From Gammaproteobacteria bacterium (lineage in GTDB: Bacteria > Pseudomonadota > Gammaproteobacteria > Burkholderiales > Burkholderiaceae_C): 64,000 bases of DNA. A program made the translations under genes and the position numbers. Below are positions 28,913 to 39,172 of the stretch, in pieces. The DNA lies in NCBI GenBank assembly GCA_018828125.1, contig JAHJWB010000003.1, forward strand, positions 275,034 through 339,033, read 5' to 3'. Numbering within the stretch: the stretch's first letter is position 1; each line of letters opens with the position of its first letter. Under the pieces are notes generated by a model, which was given only the letters and a program-made list of their open reading frames with translations, was not told where the DNA came from and ran no database searches.

Positions 28913-29896
28913 ATGAATATCACCCGCAAACAATTCACTACCACCCTGATGCTCGGGGCATTGGCCGCCGCTGTGTCTACCGGAGCCTGGGCCCAAGGCT
29001 CCTACCCGACCAAAAATGTGACCATGGTGGTGCCCACCGCCGCAGGCGGCACCACCGACCTGTCGGCCCGTATGCTGGCCCAGGCGCTGGCTCCGGTGCT
29101 GGGCCAGTCGGTCATCGTGGACAACAAGGGCGGCGGCAACGGCAACATTGCCGCCAGCATCGTCAAACGCGCCGAGCCTGATGGCTACACCGTGTTCATG
29201 CAGTACTCGGGCTACCACGTCATCTCGCCCCACATCACCAAGCAAAAGCAGTGGGATCAGGCGGACTTTCAGCCGGTGGCCAATGTGATCTCGGCCCCGC
29301 AGATCATCGTGGTGCGCAACGACCTGCCCGTGAAAACGCTGGCCAAGCTGATCGCCTACGCCAAGGCCAACCCCGGCAAGCTCAACTACGCCTCGTCGGG
29401 CAATGGCTCGCTGCAGCATGTGACCGGTGCCATGCTGGAACAGCAAGGCGGTATCAAGATGGTGCACGTGCCCTACAAAGGCACCGGGCCCGCGCTCCAG
29501 GACCTGCTGGGCGGCCAGGTGGATCTGACCTTTGGTACGGCGCCGCCGTTCATGCCCCACATCGCCAGCGGCAAGCTGCGCGTGCTGGCGGTGACGGGCA
29601 AAGAGCGCTTGCCAAGCCTGCCCGACGTGCCTACCACCGCCGAGGCGGGCTACCCCAAGGTCGATGCGACGTCGTGGTTTGCGTTGTTTGTGCCCGCAGC
29701 GGTGCCCAAGCCGGTGGTGGATAAGCTCACGGCCGACATCCGTACCGTGGTGCAAAGTGCCGCGTTCAAGCAGAAGGCGTTGGAGCAGGGCGCCACGGCC
29801 GACTACCAGACCCCGGCGCAGCTGGGCGACAAGGTCAAGGCGGACCTTTCCAACTGGGCGTCGGTGGTGAAAAGCTCGAAGATCGAAGCAGAATAG
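28913..29896 (+). CDS. Bug/TctC substrate-binding protein
   Basis: GGAG RBS; signal peptide, VPTAAGGTTD, DNKGGGNG, HVPYKG. Confidence 0.93.
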   Translation: MNITRKQFTTTLMLGALAAAVSTGAWAQGSYPTKNVTMVVPTAAGGTTDLSARMLAQALAPVLGQSVIVDNKGGGNGNIAASIVKRAEPDGYTVFMQYSGYHVISPHITKQKQWDQADFQPVANVISAPQIIVVRNDLPVKTLAKLIAYAKANPGKLNYASSGNGSLQHVTGAMLEQQGGIKMVHVPYKGTGPALQDLLGGQVDLTFGTAPPFMPHIASGKLRVLAVTGKERLPSLPDVPTTAEAGYPKVDATSWFALFVPAAVPKPVVDKLTADIRTVVQSAAFKQKALEQGATADYQTPAQLGDKVKADLSNWASVVKSSKIEAE

Positions 29897-29898
29897 TG

Positions 29899-29956
29899 GT
29901 CAAACTGGCCGCCAGCGCTTTATGGATAAGCGCTGGTAGCTATTGTTTTGATAGTT
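29899..29956 (-). repeat. Palindromic repeat copy 7, intergenic
   Basis: Reverse complement ctatcaaaacaATAGCTaccAGCGCTTatccataAAGCGCTggcggcc. Confidence 0.85.
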
Positions 29957-29993
29957 TTCGTGCCTCGCAAGACATGGCGCCACAATACGCGCC

Positions 29994-32000
29994 ATGTCTA
30001 ACGTGCATTCCGAAGAACTGCTGGCGCAAGTGGCTGCGCTGCCCGCGCTGCCTGGTGTCTACCGCTATTTCGACGCCCAGGGCGCACTGCTGTATGTGGG
30101 CAAGGCGCGGCACCTGAAACGTCGCGTTTCGAGCTATTTCACCAAAAACCATGGCGGCACGCGCATCGGCCACATGGTCAGCAAGATCGTGCGCATGGAG
30201 ACCACGGTGGTGCGGTCCGAGGCCGAGGCGCTGCTGCTCGAAAACAACCTCATCAAGTCGCTGAACCCCAAGTTCAACATCCTGTTCAGGGACGACAAGA
30301 GCTACCCCTATCTCAAGATCACGGGCACACCCGCAGCCACAGGCGATGCGCCGGGCGTGGTCTACCCGCGCATGGCGTATTACCGGGGTTCGGTGGACAA
30401 GCGCCATCGGTACTTTGGCCCGTACCCCAGCGCCTGGGCGGTCAAGGAAACCATCCAGCTGCTGCAAAAGGTGTTTCGCCTGCGCACGTGTGAAGACACT
30501 GTGTTTGCCAACCGCACGCGGCCGTGCCTGCTGTTTCAGATCAAGCGTTGCACCGGCCCATGTGTGAACCTGATTTCGCCCGAGGCCTACGCCGCCGATG
30601 TCTCGCATGCCGAGGCGCTGCTGCGCGGCGAAACCCAAGAGGTGCTGCAGGCCATGGAGGCGCGGATGATGGCCCATTCCGACAGGCTTGAATTTGAGCA
30701 GGCGGCCGAGGTGCGCAACCAGATCCAGGCGCTGTCACGTGTGCTGCACCAGCAATCCATCGAGATTGCGGACGACAAGGACGTGGACATCCTGGCGGTG
30801 CGCGTGCAAGGTGGCCGCGCCTGCGTGAACCTGGCCATGGTGCGGGGTGGGCGGCATCTGGGTGACCGTCCGTACTTTCCGGTGCATGTGGAAGACGCTG
30901 CCGCCATTTTTGAGGAAGAGGGCGGCGAAGGCGCTGACGACATCGCTCCGGCCAGGCCTGTTCGCCGTGTCGAGGTGTTGGTGCTGGAAGCCTTCATCGC
31001 GCAGCACTACATCGGCGTGCCGGTGCCCCCGGTGCTCGTCACCAGCGAACCCGTGGACAAGGCGCTGCTCGAGGCGCTGGGCGACCAAAGTGGTGTGCGC
31101 GTGACAGCCATCCACCAGCCGCGCGAACAGCGTCGGGCCTGGCTGGACATGGCGCAGAAAAATGCCGACCTGCAACTGGCCCGCCTGCTGGCGGAAGAAG
31201 GCTCGCAACAGGCCCGCACGCGCGCGCTGGCCGACGCGCTGGACCTGCCGCCCGAAGACCTGGAGCAACTCACCATCGAGTGTTTCGACATCTCGCACAC
31301 CGCGGGCGAATCCACCCAGGCGTCGTGTGTGGTGTTCCACCACCACAAGATGCAGAGCAGTGAGTACCGCCGCTACAAGATCGAGGGCATCACTGGCGGG
31401 GACGACTATGCCGCCATGCGCCAGGTGCTGACCCGCCGCTACAGCAAGGTGGCCGAAGCCGCGCGCGAGGCAGGGGGCATCGACTTTGCGGCCGCACCGC
31501 CGCCGGACACATCCAACACCGATGGCGCGGTCAAGCCCAAGGGCGTGGCACGGTTGCCCGACCTGGTGCTCATCGACGGCGGCAAGGGCCAGGTCGGTGT
31601 GGCGCGTGAGGTGTTCACCGCGCTGGGTCTGGACCTGACGCGCATCGTCGGCGTGGAGAAGGGCGAGGGCCGCAAGGTGGGCTTGGAAGAGCTGGTGTTT
31701 GCCGACGGGCGCGAGAAGGTTTACCTGGGCAAGGACTCGGCCGCGCTCATGCTGGTGGCGCAGATCCGTGACGAGGCCCACCGCTTTGCCATCACCGGCA
31801 TGCGCGCAGCACGCGCGAAGGTACGCGTGGGCGGTGGCCAGCTCGAAGAGATTGCCGGCGTAGGCCCCAAGAAACGAGCGCGGTTGCTGCAGCGGTTTGG
31901 CGGCGTGCGCGGGGTGGCATCGGCCAGTGTGGAAGACCTGATCACCGTGGATGGCATTTCGCGCGAACTGGCAGAAGAGATTTACAGGGCGTTGCGTTGA
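29994..32000 (+). CDS. uvrC: Excinuclease ABC subunit C
   Basis: GIY-YIG (PGVY...LYVGKA), [23 protein letters not shown], HhH GVGPK. Confidence 0.97.
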   Translation: MSNVHSEELLAQVAALPALPGVYRYFDAQGALLYVGKARHLKRRVSSYFTKNHGGTRIGHMVSKIVRMETTVVRSEAEALLLENNLIKSLNPKFNILFRDDKSYPYLKITGTPAATGDAPGVVYPRMAYYRGSVDKRHRYFGPYPSAWAVKETIQLLQKVFRLRTCEDTVFANRTRPCLLFQIKRCTGPCVNLISPEAYAADVSHAEALLRGETQEVLQAMEARMMAHSDRLEFEQAAEVRNQIQALSRVLHQQSIEIADDKDVDILAVRVQGGRACVNLAMVRGGRHLGDRPYFPVHVEDAAAIFEEEGGEGADDIAPARPVRRVEVLVLEAFIAQHYIGVPVPPVLVTSEPVDKALLEALGDQSGVRVTAIHQPREQRRAWLDMAQKNADLQLARLLAEEGSQQARTRALADALDLPPEDLEQLTIECFDISHTAGESTQASCVVFHHHKMQSSEYRRYKIEGITGGDDYAAMRQVLTRRYSKVAEAAREAGGIDFAAAPPPDTSNTDGAVKPKGVARLPDLVLIDGGKGQVGVAREVFTALGLDLTRIVGVEKGEGRKVGLEELVFADGREKVYLGKDSAALMLVAQIRDEAHRFAITGMRAARAKVRVGGGQLEEIAGVGPKKRARLLQRFGGVRGVASASVEDLITVDGISRELAEEIYRALR

Positions 32001-32070
32001 GCGCCTGATGCGCCATGGCTAATATCGCACACCCCGCAATTCGCCGTGTTGCCATGACACAATCGCCGCC

Positions 32071-32637
32071 ATGTTCTGGACTATCCCCACCTTGATGACC
32101 TGGACGCGCATCGTCGCGATACCTTTGATCGTGGGTGTGTTCTACGCGCCGCTGGACCCCTCCATGCGCAACCTGATTGCCACGGTCATGTTTGTGGTGT
32201 TCGCCGCCACCGACTGGTTGGACGGCTACCTGGCCCGCAAGCTGAACCAGACGTCGTCATTTGGCGCCTTTCTGGACCCGGTGGCCGACAAGTTTCTGGT
32301 GTGTGCATCGCTTCTGGTGCTGGTGCACCTTCAGCGCGCCGATGTGTTTGTAGCCCTCATCATCATCGGGCGCGAAATCGCCATCTCTGCCCTGCGCGAA
32401 TGGATGGCGCAGATCGGTGCCAGCAAGAGCGTGGCGGTGCACATGATCGGCAAGGTTAAGACCACTGTACAGATGGTGGCCATCCCGTTTTTGCTGTACG
32501 ACGCGCGCCTTTTCGGCGTGATCGACACCGGCGTGTGGGGCACCTGGCTGATCTGGGCGTCGGCCGTGCTCACGGTCTGGTCCATGGTGTATTACCTGCA
32601 GAAGGCGCTCCCTGAAATACGGGCTCGCGTCAAGTAA
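32071..32637 (+). CDS. pgsA: Phosphatidylglycerophosphate synthase
   Basis: TDWLDGYLAR...FGAFLDPVADK CDP-alcohol phosphotransferase motif; follows uvrC. Confidence 0.95.
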   Translation: MFWTIPTLMTWTRIVAIPLIVGVFYAPLDPSMRNLIATVMFVVFAATDWLDGYLARKLNQTSSFGAFLDPVADKFLVCASLLVLVHLQRADVFVALIIIGREIAISALREWMAQIGASKSVAVHMIGKVKTTVQMVAIPFLLYDARLFGVIDTGVWGTWLIWASAVLTVWSMVYYLQKALPEIRARVK

Positions 32638-32640
32638 ATT

Positions 32641-32703
32641 CCAAGTCTTTTGTGTCGCTAGCGCTTGCTGGATAAGCGCTGGCAGCTATCTCTTCAGGAG
32701 CAT
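32641..32703 (-). repeat. Palindromic repeat copy 8; its end contains the RBS of the next gene
   Basis: Reverse complement tgctcctgaagagATAGCTgccAGCGCTTatccagcAAGCGCTagcg. Confidence 0.85.
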
Positions 32704-32706
32704 TCT

Positions 32707-33807
32707 ATGGCGAAGCATCGCATTGCAGTCATTGCCGGCGACGGCATTGGCAAGGAAGTCATGCCCGAGGGCCTGCGCGTGATGGACGCCGCTGCGCGCA
32801 AGTTTGGTATCGACCTGCAGTTTGACCATTTCGACTTTTCGAGCTGGGACTACTACGAGAAGCATGGCAAGATGCTGCCGGACAACTGGAAAGACCAGAT
32901 CGGCGGTCACGAAGCCATTTATTTCGGCGCGGTGGGCTGGCCGGAGAAGATTGCGGACCACGTCTCATTGTGGGGCTCGCTGCTCTTGTTTCGCCGCGAG
33001 TTTGACCAGTACATCAACCTGCGCCCCGCGCGCCTGATGCCGGGCGTGATCGCCCCCGTGGTGCGGCGCGATGGCTCACCCCGTTTGCCCGGTGAAATCG
33101 ACATGTTCATCGTGCGCGAGAACACCGAAGGCGAATACTCCAGCATCGGTGGCCGCATGTACGAAGGCACCCCACGCGAAATCGTGATGCAGGAGACCGT
33201 GATGTCACGCCACGGAGTGGATCGCGTGCTCAAATTTGCTTTTGAACTGGCGCAGTCCCGCCCCAAGAAGCACCTGACCAGCGCCACCAAATCCAATGGC
33301 ATCGCCATCACGATGCCCTACTGGGATGAGCGTGTGGCCGAGATGGCCAAGTCGTATCCGGATGTGAAGGTCGACAAGTTCCACATCGACATCCTCACGG
33401 CGCATTTTGTGCAGCGTCCCGACTTCTTTGATGTGGTGGTGGCCAGTAACCTGTTCGGCGACATCCTCAGCGACTTGGGCCCGGCCTGCACCGGCACCAT
33501 CGGCATCGCGCCGAGCGCCAACCTGAACCCTACCCGCACCATGCCCTCGTTGTTCGAGCCGGTGCATGGCTCCGCGCCCGACATTGCCGGGCAGGGCATC
33601 GCCAATCCCATCGGGCAGATCTGGTGCGGCGCGATGATGCTGGATTTCTTGGGCTATCGCGCTGCACATGATGCTGTTTTGGCCGCCACTGAGTCCGTGC
33701 TCGACCCCAAGAGCGGAGGTCCGCGCACGGCAGATCTTGGTGGCACCGCCCGTACGCAAGACGTTGGCAAGGCCATTGCCGAGGCTTTGTCGGGCTTTGG
33801 GGGTTGA
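32707..33807 (+). CDS. Tartrate dehydrogenase / D-malate dehydrogenase (decarboxylating)
   Basis: IAGDGIGKEV, RENTEGEYS, TKSNGI, YWDE, NLFGDILSD, FEPVHGSAPDI. Confidence 0.9.
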   Translation: MAKHRIAVIAGDGIGKEVMPEGLRVMDAAARKFGIDLQFDHFDFSSWDYYEKHGKMLPDNWKDQIGGHEAIYFGAVGWPEKIADHVSLWGSLLLFRREFDQYINLRPARLMPGVIAPVVRRDGSPRLPGEIDMFIVRENTEGEYSSIGGRMYEGTPREIVMQETVMSRHGVDRVLKFAFELAQSRPKKHLTSATKSNGIAITMPYWDERVAEMAKSYPDVKVDKFHIDILTAHFVQRPDFFDVVVASNLFGDILSDLGPACTGTIGIAPSANLNPTRTMPSLFEPVHGSAPDIAGQGIANPIGQIWCGAMMLDFLGYRAAHDAVLAATESVLDPKSGGPRTADLGGTARTQDVGKAIAEALSGFGG

Positions 33808-34103
33808 TGACGCTGAGGTGTCAATACGGAATGCTGCCCATACGGCGTGTTTGAGACAAAAACAGCCTGCAAGCCCTGTCGCAGCGTGAAATGCGACTAG
33901 AATTCATCCCAACGCTGTCGCAAAACAGCGTGTTGTATTGACACCCGGAAACTCGATGGCTTTAATCTGATGCAGCAGCACCTGCTGTGTATGCCAGTCA
34001 TTCCCCCGTCCAATCACCACCAGCCCCAAGGGCTGTGCTTTTTGACGTGTGAAGACCAGATATCCGCGAGACATTCCATCAACTCTTTTCCGAGAGGCTT
34101 CTT

Positions 34104-34376
34104 GTGAACAAAACCGAACTGATTGAGCACATCGCTACCAACGCCGACATCTCCAAGGCCGCTGCGGCACGTGCTTTGGAATCCACGATCGAGGCAGTCA
34201 AGAAGACTCTGAAGAAGGGCGGCACCGTATCGCTCGTCGGTTTCGGCACTTTCGCAGTCGGCAAGCGTGCTGCTCGCACAGGTCGCAATCCCCGTACTGG
34301 CGATACGATTAAAATCAAAGCTGCTAAAGTTCCTAAGTTTCGTCCTGGCAAGGCATTGAAAGATGCCTTGAACTGA
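34104..34376 (+). CDS. hupB: DNA-binding protein HU
   Basis: [36 protein letters not shown]; GTG start. Confidence 0.95.
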   Translation: MNKTELIEHIATNADISKAAAARALESTIEAVKKTLKKGGTVSLVGFGTFAVGKRAARTGRNPRTGDTIKIKAAKVPKFRPGKALKDALN

Positions 34377-34391
34377 GGATCAGTTTAGGTG

Positions 34392-34467
34392 GGGTCCTTA
34401 GCTCAGTTGGTAGAGCGGCTCCTTTACACGGAGTAGGTCGGCGGTTCGAGACCGTCAGGACCCACCA
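34392..34467 (+). tRNA. tRNA-Val(TAC)
   Basis: GGGTCCT/AGGACCC acceptor, gctcc-tt-TAC-ac-ggagt arm, CCA. Confidence 0.97.
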
Positions 34468-34476
34468 CCACCGAAC

Positions 34477-34509
34477 AAAGGCGAACGTAAGTTCGCCTTT
34501 TGTTTTTTT
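34477..34509 (+). terminator. Intrinsic terminator after tRNA-Val
   Basis: aaaggcgaac-gtaa-gttcgccttt plus a T run. Confidence 0.85.
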
Positions 34510-34528
34510 GCCTTCTGAAAGATCGACC

Positions 34529-36460
34529 ATGTTTGAATCCATCCGCAAGCACTCCAAGATCGTGATGATCTTATTGTTCTTGCTGATCATTCCTTCGTTT
34601 GTGCTGGTAGGCATCGACAGCAACTACTTCTCCGAAAAGAGTCCGGTGGTGGCACGTGTTGATGGCCACAACATCAACCAGACGGACTGGGACAATGCCC
34701 ACCGCGTGGAGTCAGACCGCATGCGTGCGCAGTCTCCTTCGGTCGATCCGAAGCTGCTGGATTCGCCGCAAGCACGCTACGCTACCTTGGAGCGTTTGGT
34801 GCGAGATCGGGTGTTGGCTGCAGCGGCGCAAAAAATGCATCTGGTGACCACCGATGCCCGCTTGGCCCGCAGCCTGCAAGAGATTCCAGCGATTGCAGGC
34901 CTCAAGCGCGCCGATGGCACGCTGGATGCGGAGGCTTACAGGGCATTGGTCGGCAGCCAGGGCTTGACGCCCGAAGGCTTTGAAGCCAACGTGCGTCGAG
35001 ATCTTTCGGTCAACCAAGTCATGGGCGGCGTGATGAGCACGGTGTTCGGCACCGACGCGCAGATCAAACTGGCCCTCGATCCGCTTTATCAGCGCCGTGA
35101 AATCCAGGTTGCGCGCTTCAATCAGTCAGACTTTGCATCGAAAGTGTCGCCGACGGACGCCGACCTTGAAGCCTATTACAAAGCGCATCCGGCCCAGTTC
35201 CAGCAACTGGAACAAGCCGCGATTGAATATTTGGTCCTTGATGTCGATAGCGTGCGTGCAGGCATCACGCTTAACGAAGATGATTTGCGGACTTACTACA
35301 AAGAAAACGTAGAGCGTCTGGCTGGCAAAGAAGAGCGCCGTGCGAGCCACATTCTGATCAATGCCCCAAAAGATGCCCCAGCGGCAGACCGTGAAAAGGC
35401 CAAGGCCCGCGCCACACAATTGCTGGAGCAGGTACGCAAGTCCCCCGCCAGCTTCGGAGATGTCGCCAAGAAATCTTCTGACGACACGGGCTCGGCGTCC
35501 ATGGGGGGTGACCTGAACTTTTTCGGCCGTGGTGCCATGGTCAAGCCGTTCGAAGATGCTGCTTTTGCATTGAAGAAGGGTGAGATCAGTGATGTGGTCG
35601 AATCCGACTTTGGCTTCCATATCATTCAACTTACTGACATCAAGACGCCCCGTCAGCCAACTTTCGAAGAGCTGCGTCCGTCGATGGAAACCGAGCTGAA
35701 ACAGCAGCAAGCCCAGCGCAAATTTGCCGAAGTGGCCGAGACATTTACCAATGGCGTATATGAGCAGGCCGATAGCCTGCAGCCTGTTGCTGAAAAGCTC
35801 AAGCTCAAGATCCAGACAGCAACAGGCGTCACCCGCACCCCCGCTCCAGACGCTGTGGGCCCGTTGGCCAACAGCAAGTTTCTGGAAGCCCTGTTTTCTT
35901 CAGACTCGTTACAGAACAAGCGCAATACCGAGGCTGTAGAAGTGGGACCTAGCCAAATGGTGTCCGGTCGAGTAACTACTTACACCCCTGCCCGCACGTT
36001 GCCGTTGGAAGAAGTACGTGCCCGTGTTCGAAGCTTGTACGTTGCAGAGAAGGCGGCCGAACTGGCGCGGGCTGAAGGCGAAGCTAAGCTGACCGCTTGG
36101 AAGGCCGCCCCCGCATCGGCCGCAGGTTTGGCCGCGGCAGTGGAGATATCGCGTGAGCAGCCCCAGAACCTCCCCCGCCCGGTGATTGACGCCGCAATGC
36201 GCGCGCCTGCTGATGCGCTGCCCGGATGGATGGGTGTGGACCTGGGTGCCCAAGGTTATGCCGTCGTCAAGGTCAACCGTGTGGTTCCTCGCCAGGCACC
36301 GGATGCAGCGCGCGCGCAGCAAGAGCGCCAACAGTACCTGCAATGGTGGACCACAGCGGAAGGCATGGCCTACTATGAGTTGCTCAAGCAACGTTTCAAG
36401 GTCCAGATCAAGGCACCACGACCCACCAGCGCAACAGTGCAGGCAGCGCTAGAAAATTGA
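34529..36460 (+). CDS. ppiD: PpiD-like periplasmic chaperone (SurA_N + parvulin)
   Basis: N-terminal TM anchor, RRASHILI, GGDLNFF, MVKPFEDAAF, SDFGFHII. Confidence 0.88.
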   Translation: MFESIRKHSKIVMILLFLLIIPSFVLVGIDSNYFSEKSPVVARVDGHNINQTDWDNAHRVESDRMRAQSPSVDPKLLDSPQARYATLERLVRDRVLAAAAQKMHLVTTDARLARSLQEIPAIAGLKRADGTLDAEAYRALVGSQGLTPEGFEANVRRDLSVNQVMGGVMSTVFGTDAQIKLALDPLYQRREIQVARFNQSDFASKVSPTDADLEAYYKAHPAQFQQLEQAAIEYLVLDVDSVRAGITLNEDDLRTYYKENVERLAGKEERRASHILINAPKDAPAADREKAKARATQLLEQVRKSPASFGDVAKKSSDDTGSASMGGDLNFFGRGAMVKPFEDAAFALKKGEISDVVESDFGFHIIQLTDIKTPRQPTFEELRPSMETELKQQQAQRKFAEVAETFTNGVYEQADSLQPVAEKLKLKIQTATGVTRTPAPDAVGPLANSKFLEALFSSDSLQNKRNTEAVEVGPSQMVSGRVTTYTPARTLPLEEVRARVRSLYVAEKAAELARAEGEAKLTAWKAAPASAAGLAAAVEISREQPQNLPRPVIDAAMRAPADALPGWMGVDLGAQGYAVVKVNRVVPRQAPDAARAQQERQQYLQWWTTAEGMAYYELLKQRFKVQIKAPRPTSATVQAALEN

Positions 36461-36508
36461 ACGTTTTGGCCTTGGAGTGAAAATCCCGGGCTATAATACA
36501 AAGCTACG

Positions 36509-36584
36509 GTGGCTGTAGCTCAGTTGGTAGAGTCCAGGATTGTGATTCCTGTTGTCGTGGGTTCGAGCCCCATCAGCCACCCCA
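36509..36584 (+). tRNA. tRNA-His(GTG)
   Basis: GTGGCTG/CAGCCAC acceptor, C discriminator with an encoded G-1 at 36508, anticodon GTG, CCA. Confidence 0.97.
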
Positions 36585-36591
36585 AATATGT

Positions 36592-36627
36592 AAAAGCCTT
36601 GCAACGTTCTGCGTTGCAAGGCTTTTT
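36592..36627 (+). terminator. Intrinsic terminator after tRNA-His
   Basis: aaaagccttgcaacg-ttctg-cgttgcaaggcttttt. Confidence 0.9.
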
Positions 36628-36756
36628 GCTTTTAGCCGACTGGAAATTCCCTGAACTTGAGTTCGCTCAGGTTTGTTGGTGACCAATTTCAAGGGTGTGG
36701 TCTTCACACGGCACGGCGCACCGCATACTGCATGCCCTACCTTTCAGGAGTTTCCG

Positions 36757-36960
36757 ATGAGCCTTGTGATTCGCGATGCGTCGCCCAGTGAAAAACGTGG
36801 TAACGCCATGTCCGCAGCCCTTGCCAAGGAGCAACTGGAATATGCGGTCCAGATCGTGCAGGAGGTTCTGCCCAAAAGCGCTGGGGATGGTGCTTTGATA
36901 GGTGCTGTGATGCAGGCGATCGCGATGAACTACGCCGCCGTTCCCCAGCCGAACCGTTAA
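36757..36960 (+). CDS. Small hypothetical protein (67 aa)
   Basis: CAGGAG RBS; helical-looking EQLEYAVQIVQEVL...LIGAVMQAIAMNYAA. Confidence 0.6.
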   Translation: MSLVIRDASPSEKRGNAMSAALAKEQLEYAVQIVQEVLPKSAGDGALIGAVMQAIAMNYAAVPQPNR

Positions 36961-37107
36961 CAGAGCGGAAGAGGCGAGGCCTCGGCGTCAATTTGAAGGA
37001 CCCTTGGTCGCTCTGAGCACTGCTACCGCAGTGTGACAAGGGCGATTTGTGTTGGATGCCGCAAGGAATTTAATGGTGCCTATGGAGCCAGCGCACAGAA
37101 ATGTGCT

Positions 37108-37184
37108 TGGCCTGCCCGGAGGGACTCGAACCCCCGACCTATAGCTTAGAAGGCTATTGCTCTATCCAGTTGAGCTACGGGCAG
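37108..37184 (-). tRNA. tRNA-Arg(TCT)
   Basis: CTGCCCG/CGGGCAG acceptor, atagc-ct-TCT-aa-gctat arm, CCA. Confidence 0.97.
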
Positions 37185-37371
37185 ATGGGCTTTCGGCTTT
37201 GGTGCCTACTCGCGGTGCGAAATATGACTTCCGCCGCTGCGTTGGGCGCAGTGCTGGGATCATACCCGGCCTGCGGTGCCGATCCTTCTGCTGCCGGCAC
37301 GATTTTGTAGTGGTGCGGGACTTGAGGTTATAACGGGAGCGCGCATCCGCGTATCCCTACTGTCCACTTCC

Positions 37372-39105
37372 ATGCCCCACAGCGTCGCACTCATCCACAC
37401 CATCGCCGCGGCGCTGGGACTGGCGCTTGCGTTGGGGTTTATTGCTACGCGCTTGCGGCTTCCGGCGTTGGTGGGCTACCTTTTGGCGGGAGTGGTGCTA
37501 GGGCCGTTCACTCCTGGTTTTGTGGCCGACGCTGCAATGGCGAGCCAGCTGGCGGAGATAGGGGTCATGCTGCTGATGTTCGGCGTTGGCCTGCATTTCT
37601 CGCTGGGTGACCTGTTGGCGGTGCGCAAGATCGCGGTTCCCGGAGCGGTTGTCCAGATGATGGTAGCAACGGCATTGGGAATGTCGCTGGCCACCTGGTG
37701 GGGATGGGGCTTGGGTGGCGCGCTGGTGTTCGGTCTTGCGCTTTCTGTGGCCAGCACGGTGGTGCTGTTGAGAGCGTTGGAGACGCTGGGTATTCTCGAT
37801 ACCCATACCGGCCGCATTGCTGTGGGATGGCTGGTGGTGGAAGACCTTGCCATGGTCTTGGTCCTGGTGTTGTTGCCGCCGCTGGCGGGCTGGCTGGGCG
37901 GCACCACTGCGGAGGTGGATGGCGCGACGCTTTGGCAGACCCTGGGTTGGACCTTGCTTCAGGTTGGCGGGTTTGTAGCGCTGATGCTTTTGGTGGGGCG
38001 TCGTTTATTCCCTTGGGTTCTTTGGCAGGTTGCGCGCACAGGATCGCGTGAGTTGTTCACATTGTGCGTGGTGGCTGCGGCCGTAGGCATCGCTTTTGGG
38101 TCTGCAGCATTGTTTGGCGTGTCGTTCGCTTTGGGCGCATTTTTTGCGGGCATGGTGATGCGCGAGTCGGAGTTCAGCCACCGCGCAGCCCAGGAGTCGC
38201 TTCCGTTGCGAGACGCTTTTGCCGTACTTTTTTTCGTGTCGGTCGGCATGTTGTTCAACCCTGCCGTGCTGTGGGACCGCCCCCTTCAAGTGATCGCGGT
38301 GGGGGCGATCATCATGGTGGGAAAGACATTGGCTGCCGCGGCACTGGTACTGGCGTTTCGATACCCCCTCAACACCGCACTCACCGTATCTGCCAGCCTG
38401 GCGCAGATCGGTGAGTTTTCGTTCATTCTGGTGGCGCTTGGGTCTTCACTGGGGTTGCTCCCGCCCGAAGGGGCAAGCCTGGTATTGGCCGGGGCGCTGT
38501 TTTCCATGGCGCTCAATCCCTTGCTTTTCCATGCCATTGCCCCGTTGCAGGCCTGGTTGCTCGCGCGGTCAGCTTTGGCCCGTCGGCTGGAGCAGCGCGA
38601 TGATCCGTTGGCGGAGTTGCCGATGAGCACGGATTCACGTTATCTCGCGCGGCAGGTGGTCTTGGTGGGGTATGGCCGGGTGGGGCGTCGTGTGGCGAGC
38701 ACGTTGGCGGCAAGCGACATTCCATTTGTGGTCGCTGAGCAAAACCGCGAACTGGTAGAAACATTGCGCGCTGCTGGTATTGCAGCTGTATTCGGCGATG
38801 CCACCGATCCAGCGGTGTTGATCCAGGCCCATATCGCACGGGCGGCCATGCTGGTGATCGCGACTCCGGACACCCTGAATGTGCGGCAGATCATTGAAAC
38901 TGCCAGAACGCTGAACCCCGCCGTTGAAACGGTGGTCCGCAGCCAGGGTGAGGCAGAAGCCCGTGTTTTGCGGCAGGATTGGGACAGCACCGTTTTTGTC
39001 GCCGACGAAGCGCTGGCGCAAGCGATGTCAAGGCATGTGTTGGAGCGGACGGAGTCGCGCTTGGCGCGACACACCTCACCAGCACCGCTGCACGAGCGGG
39101 GATGA
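37372..39105 (+). CDS. CPA2 family cation:proton antiporter with C-terminal TrkA_N domain (YbaL/Kef-like)
   Basis: LVGYLLAGVVLGP, EIGVMLLMFGVGL, WLVVEDL, QIGEFSF, GYGRVG. Confidence 0.9.
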   Translation: MPHSVALIHTIAAALGLALALGFIATRLRLPALVGYLLAGVVLGPFTPGFVADAAMASQLAEIGVMLLMFGVGLHFSLGDLLAVRKIAVPGAVVQMMVATALGMSLATWWGWGLGGALVFGLALSVASTVVLLRALETLGILDTHTGRIAVGWLVVEDLAMVLVLVLLPPLAGWLGGTTAEVDGATLWQTLGWTLLQVGGFVALMLLVGRRLFPWVLWQVARTGSRELFTLCVVAAAVGIAFGSAALFGVSFALGAFFAGMVMRESEFSHRAAQESLPLRDAFAVLFFVSVGMLFNPAVLWDRPLQVIAVGAIIMVGKTLAAAALVLAFRYPLNTALTVSASLAQIGEFSFILVALGSSLGLLPPEGASLVLAGALFSMALNPLLFHAIAPLQAWLLARSALARRLEQRDDPLAELPMSTDSRYLARQVVLVGYGRVGRRVASTLAASDIPFVVAEQNRELVETLRAAGIAAVFGDATDPAVLIQAHIARAAMLVIATPDTLNVRQIIETARTLNPAVETVVRSQGEAEARVLRQDWDSTVFVADEALAQAMSRHVLERTESRLARHTSPAPLHERG

Positions 39106-39172
39106 AAAAACATATCAAAATGGGCTGTGGCGCTTTATAGATAAGCGCTAACAGCTATCAATTTGATAGTTT
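39103..39172 (-). repeat. Palindromic repeat copy 9, between convergent genes
   Basis: Reverse complement ctatcaaattgATAGCTgttAGCGCTTatctataAAGCGCCacagccc. Confidence 0.85.

Noticed and set aside
29896-30117. ORF MVKLAASALWISAGSY... and the 32665-32706 N-terminal extension of the dehydrogenase
   Set aside because: Both begin inside repeat copies and lack family motifs or overlap real genes; treated as repeat-generated artefacts.
16344-37184. Prophage or ICE integrated at one of the four tRNAs
   Set aside because: No integrase and no duplicated tRNA 3' end found by eye.
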